Shown here in pieces: positions 55,940 through 56,720 of a stretch of DNA of 56,720 nt. This stretch comes from a virus (lineage: Duplodnaviria; Caudoviricetes). The notes under the pieces are model-generated. The model saw only the letters and a list, made by a program, of their open reading frames with translations. It had not been told where the DNA came from and did no database searches. The position numbers and the translations under genes are program-made. The first letter of the stretch is position 1; each line of letters opens with the position of its first letter. The stretch spans positions 1 to 56,720 of IMG/VR virus record IMGVR_UViG_3300045911_000181. One strand, given 5' to 3'.

Positions 55940-56510
55940 ACCGCGTTACGTGGTCGGCATCGACTATTCGATGACTTGTCCGGCGGGTGTTTGCATCGAT
56001 ATGAGCGCGCCAGCCGATTTCGCGTCTACGAAGTTCATCTATGTGATGGACTCGAAGAAAAAGTCCCCGTTGAAAAATATCGAAGCGGTTCCGTACCCGG
56101 AGACGGATTCACAGGAAGCCCGGTTCGATTTCCTTGCACAAACTTTTGTTGGTTGGATTGACATGGAAACCGGCGGCGATGTTGAAGTGTGGTTGGAAGA
56201 CTACGCCTTCAATGCGCGCGGAAAGGTGTTCCACATTGGTGAGAATACCGGTCTGTTGAAGCACTATCTGTGGACGAAGGGCATGAAATTTCATGTCATC
56301 GCGCCCACGGTTGCGAAGAAGCACGGAACCGGCAAAGGGACAGCCGACAAGCCCGCGATGTATGAGTCGTTTTCCAAGAGCATAAACATGGATTTGAAGA
56401 GCGTGTATGGGTCGAAAATGAAAGGTACGGGTAGTCCTTTCGCTGACCTTGCGGACGCCTACTTCATCGCACAGTATGGTGCGACCCAAGTTTTATGCCC
56501 AAAACCTTAA
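55920..56510 (+). CDS. RuvC-like (RNase H fold) nuclease
   Basis: GIDYSMTCP, LEDYAF, IGENTGLLK, TGKG.ADK, DLADAY. Confidence 0.85.
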   Translation: MRTMTTKPRYVVGIDYSMTCPAGVCIDMSAPADFASTKFIYVMDSKKKSPLKNIEAVPYPETDSQEARFDFLAQTFVGWIDMETGGDVEVWLEDYAFNARGKVFHIGENTGLLKHYLWTKGMKFHVIAPTVAKKHGTGKGTADKPAMYESFSKSINMDLKSVYGSKMKGTGSPFADLADAYFIAQYGATQVLCPKP

Positions 56511-56720
56511 TCGTTGCCGACATTCACGAAGACGCCATCTATCTTCAACAAGCCGAAGAGCGCGCCGCGCAAGCGGATGCGGTTGTGTGCCTTGGTGACT
56601 ATTGGGATTCTTGGAATGGAGTGACCGAAGTCACTCATACGATCACCGAATGGGTCAAAAAGAAGTTGTACGACCCGAAGTGGACGTTGTTGTGGGGCAA
56701 CCATGATCTGCACTATGCGT
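56495..56720 (+). CDS. metallophosphoesterase, partial (runs off window)
   Basis: ADIHE, LGDYWDS, WGNHD. Confidence 0.85.
   Translation, partial: MPKTLIVADIHEDAIYLQQAEERAAQADAVVCLGDYWDSWNGVTEVTHTITEWVKKKLYDPKWTLLWGNHDLHYA

Noticed and set aside
1-56720. tRNA genes and CRISPR arrays
   Set aside because: No cloverleaf with a T-arm in intergenic space and no regularly spaced repeats noticed by eye; tRNAscan-SE and a CRISPR finder would confirm

Overview
This is a 56.7-kb segment of a large, moderately GC-rich (roughly mid-50s % by eye) T4-like myovirus genome. It carries the T4 core replication, recombination and transcription genes (gp3, uvsY, uvsW, gp55, gp47, gp46, gp45, gp44, gp62, gp43, uvsX, gp41, gp61). 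Nucleotide and NAD metabolism genes include dUTPase, MazG, DUF550, Nudix, HAD nucleotidase, a ThyX-type synthase, class II RNR, NadM-Nudix and a broken NAMPT. Accessory genes include Ro60/TROVE, an RlaP-like nucleotidyltransferase, a macrodomain, VWA proteins, a CobT/CobS-like pair, Hsp20, an Acb1-like 2H phosphoesterase and a six-repeat Ig-like protein. Highlights are (1) a highly structured ~360-nt intergenic RNA candidate and a second ~115-nt structured RNA directly behind Ro60, suggesting a phage Ro60/ncRNA/RNA-repair module; (2) an early promoter family with a palindrome over the -35 box and widespread leaderless starts; (3) proteins with T4 capsid-targeting N-termini; (4) apparent avoidance of restriction sites; and (5) several micro-lesions, including an inversion plus deletion in NAMPT, that may be assembly artefacts. 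All calls come from motif recognition by eye; no searches or folding programs were run.
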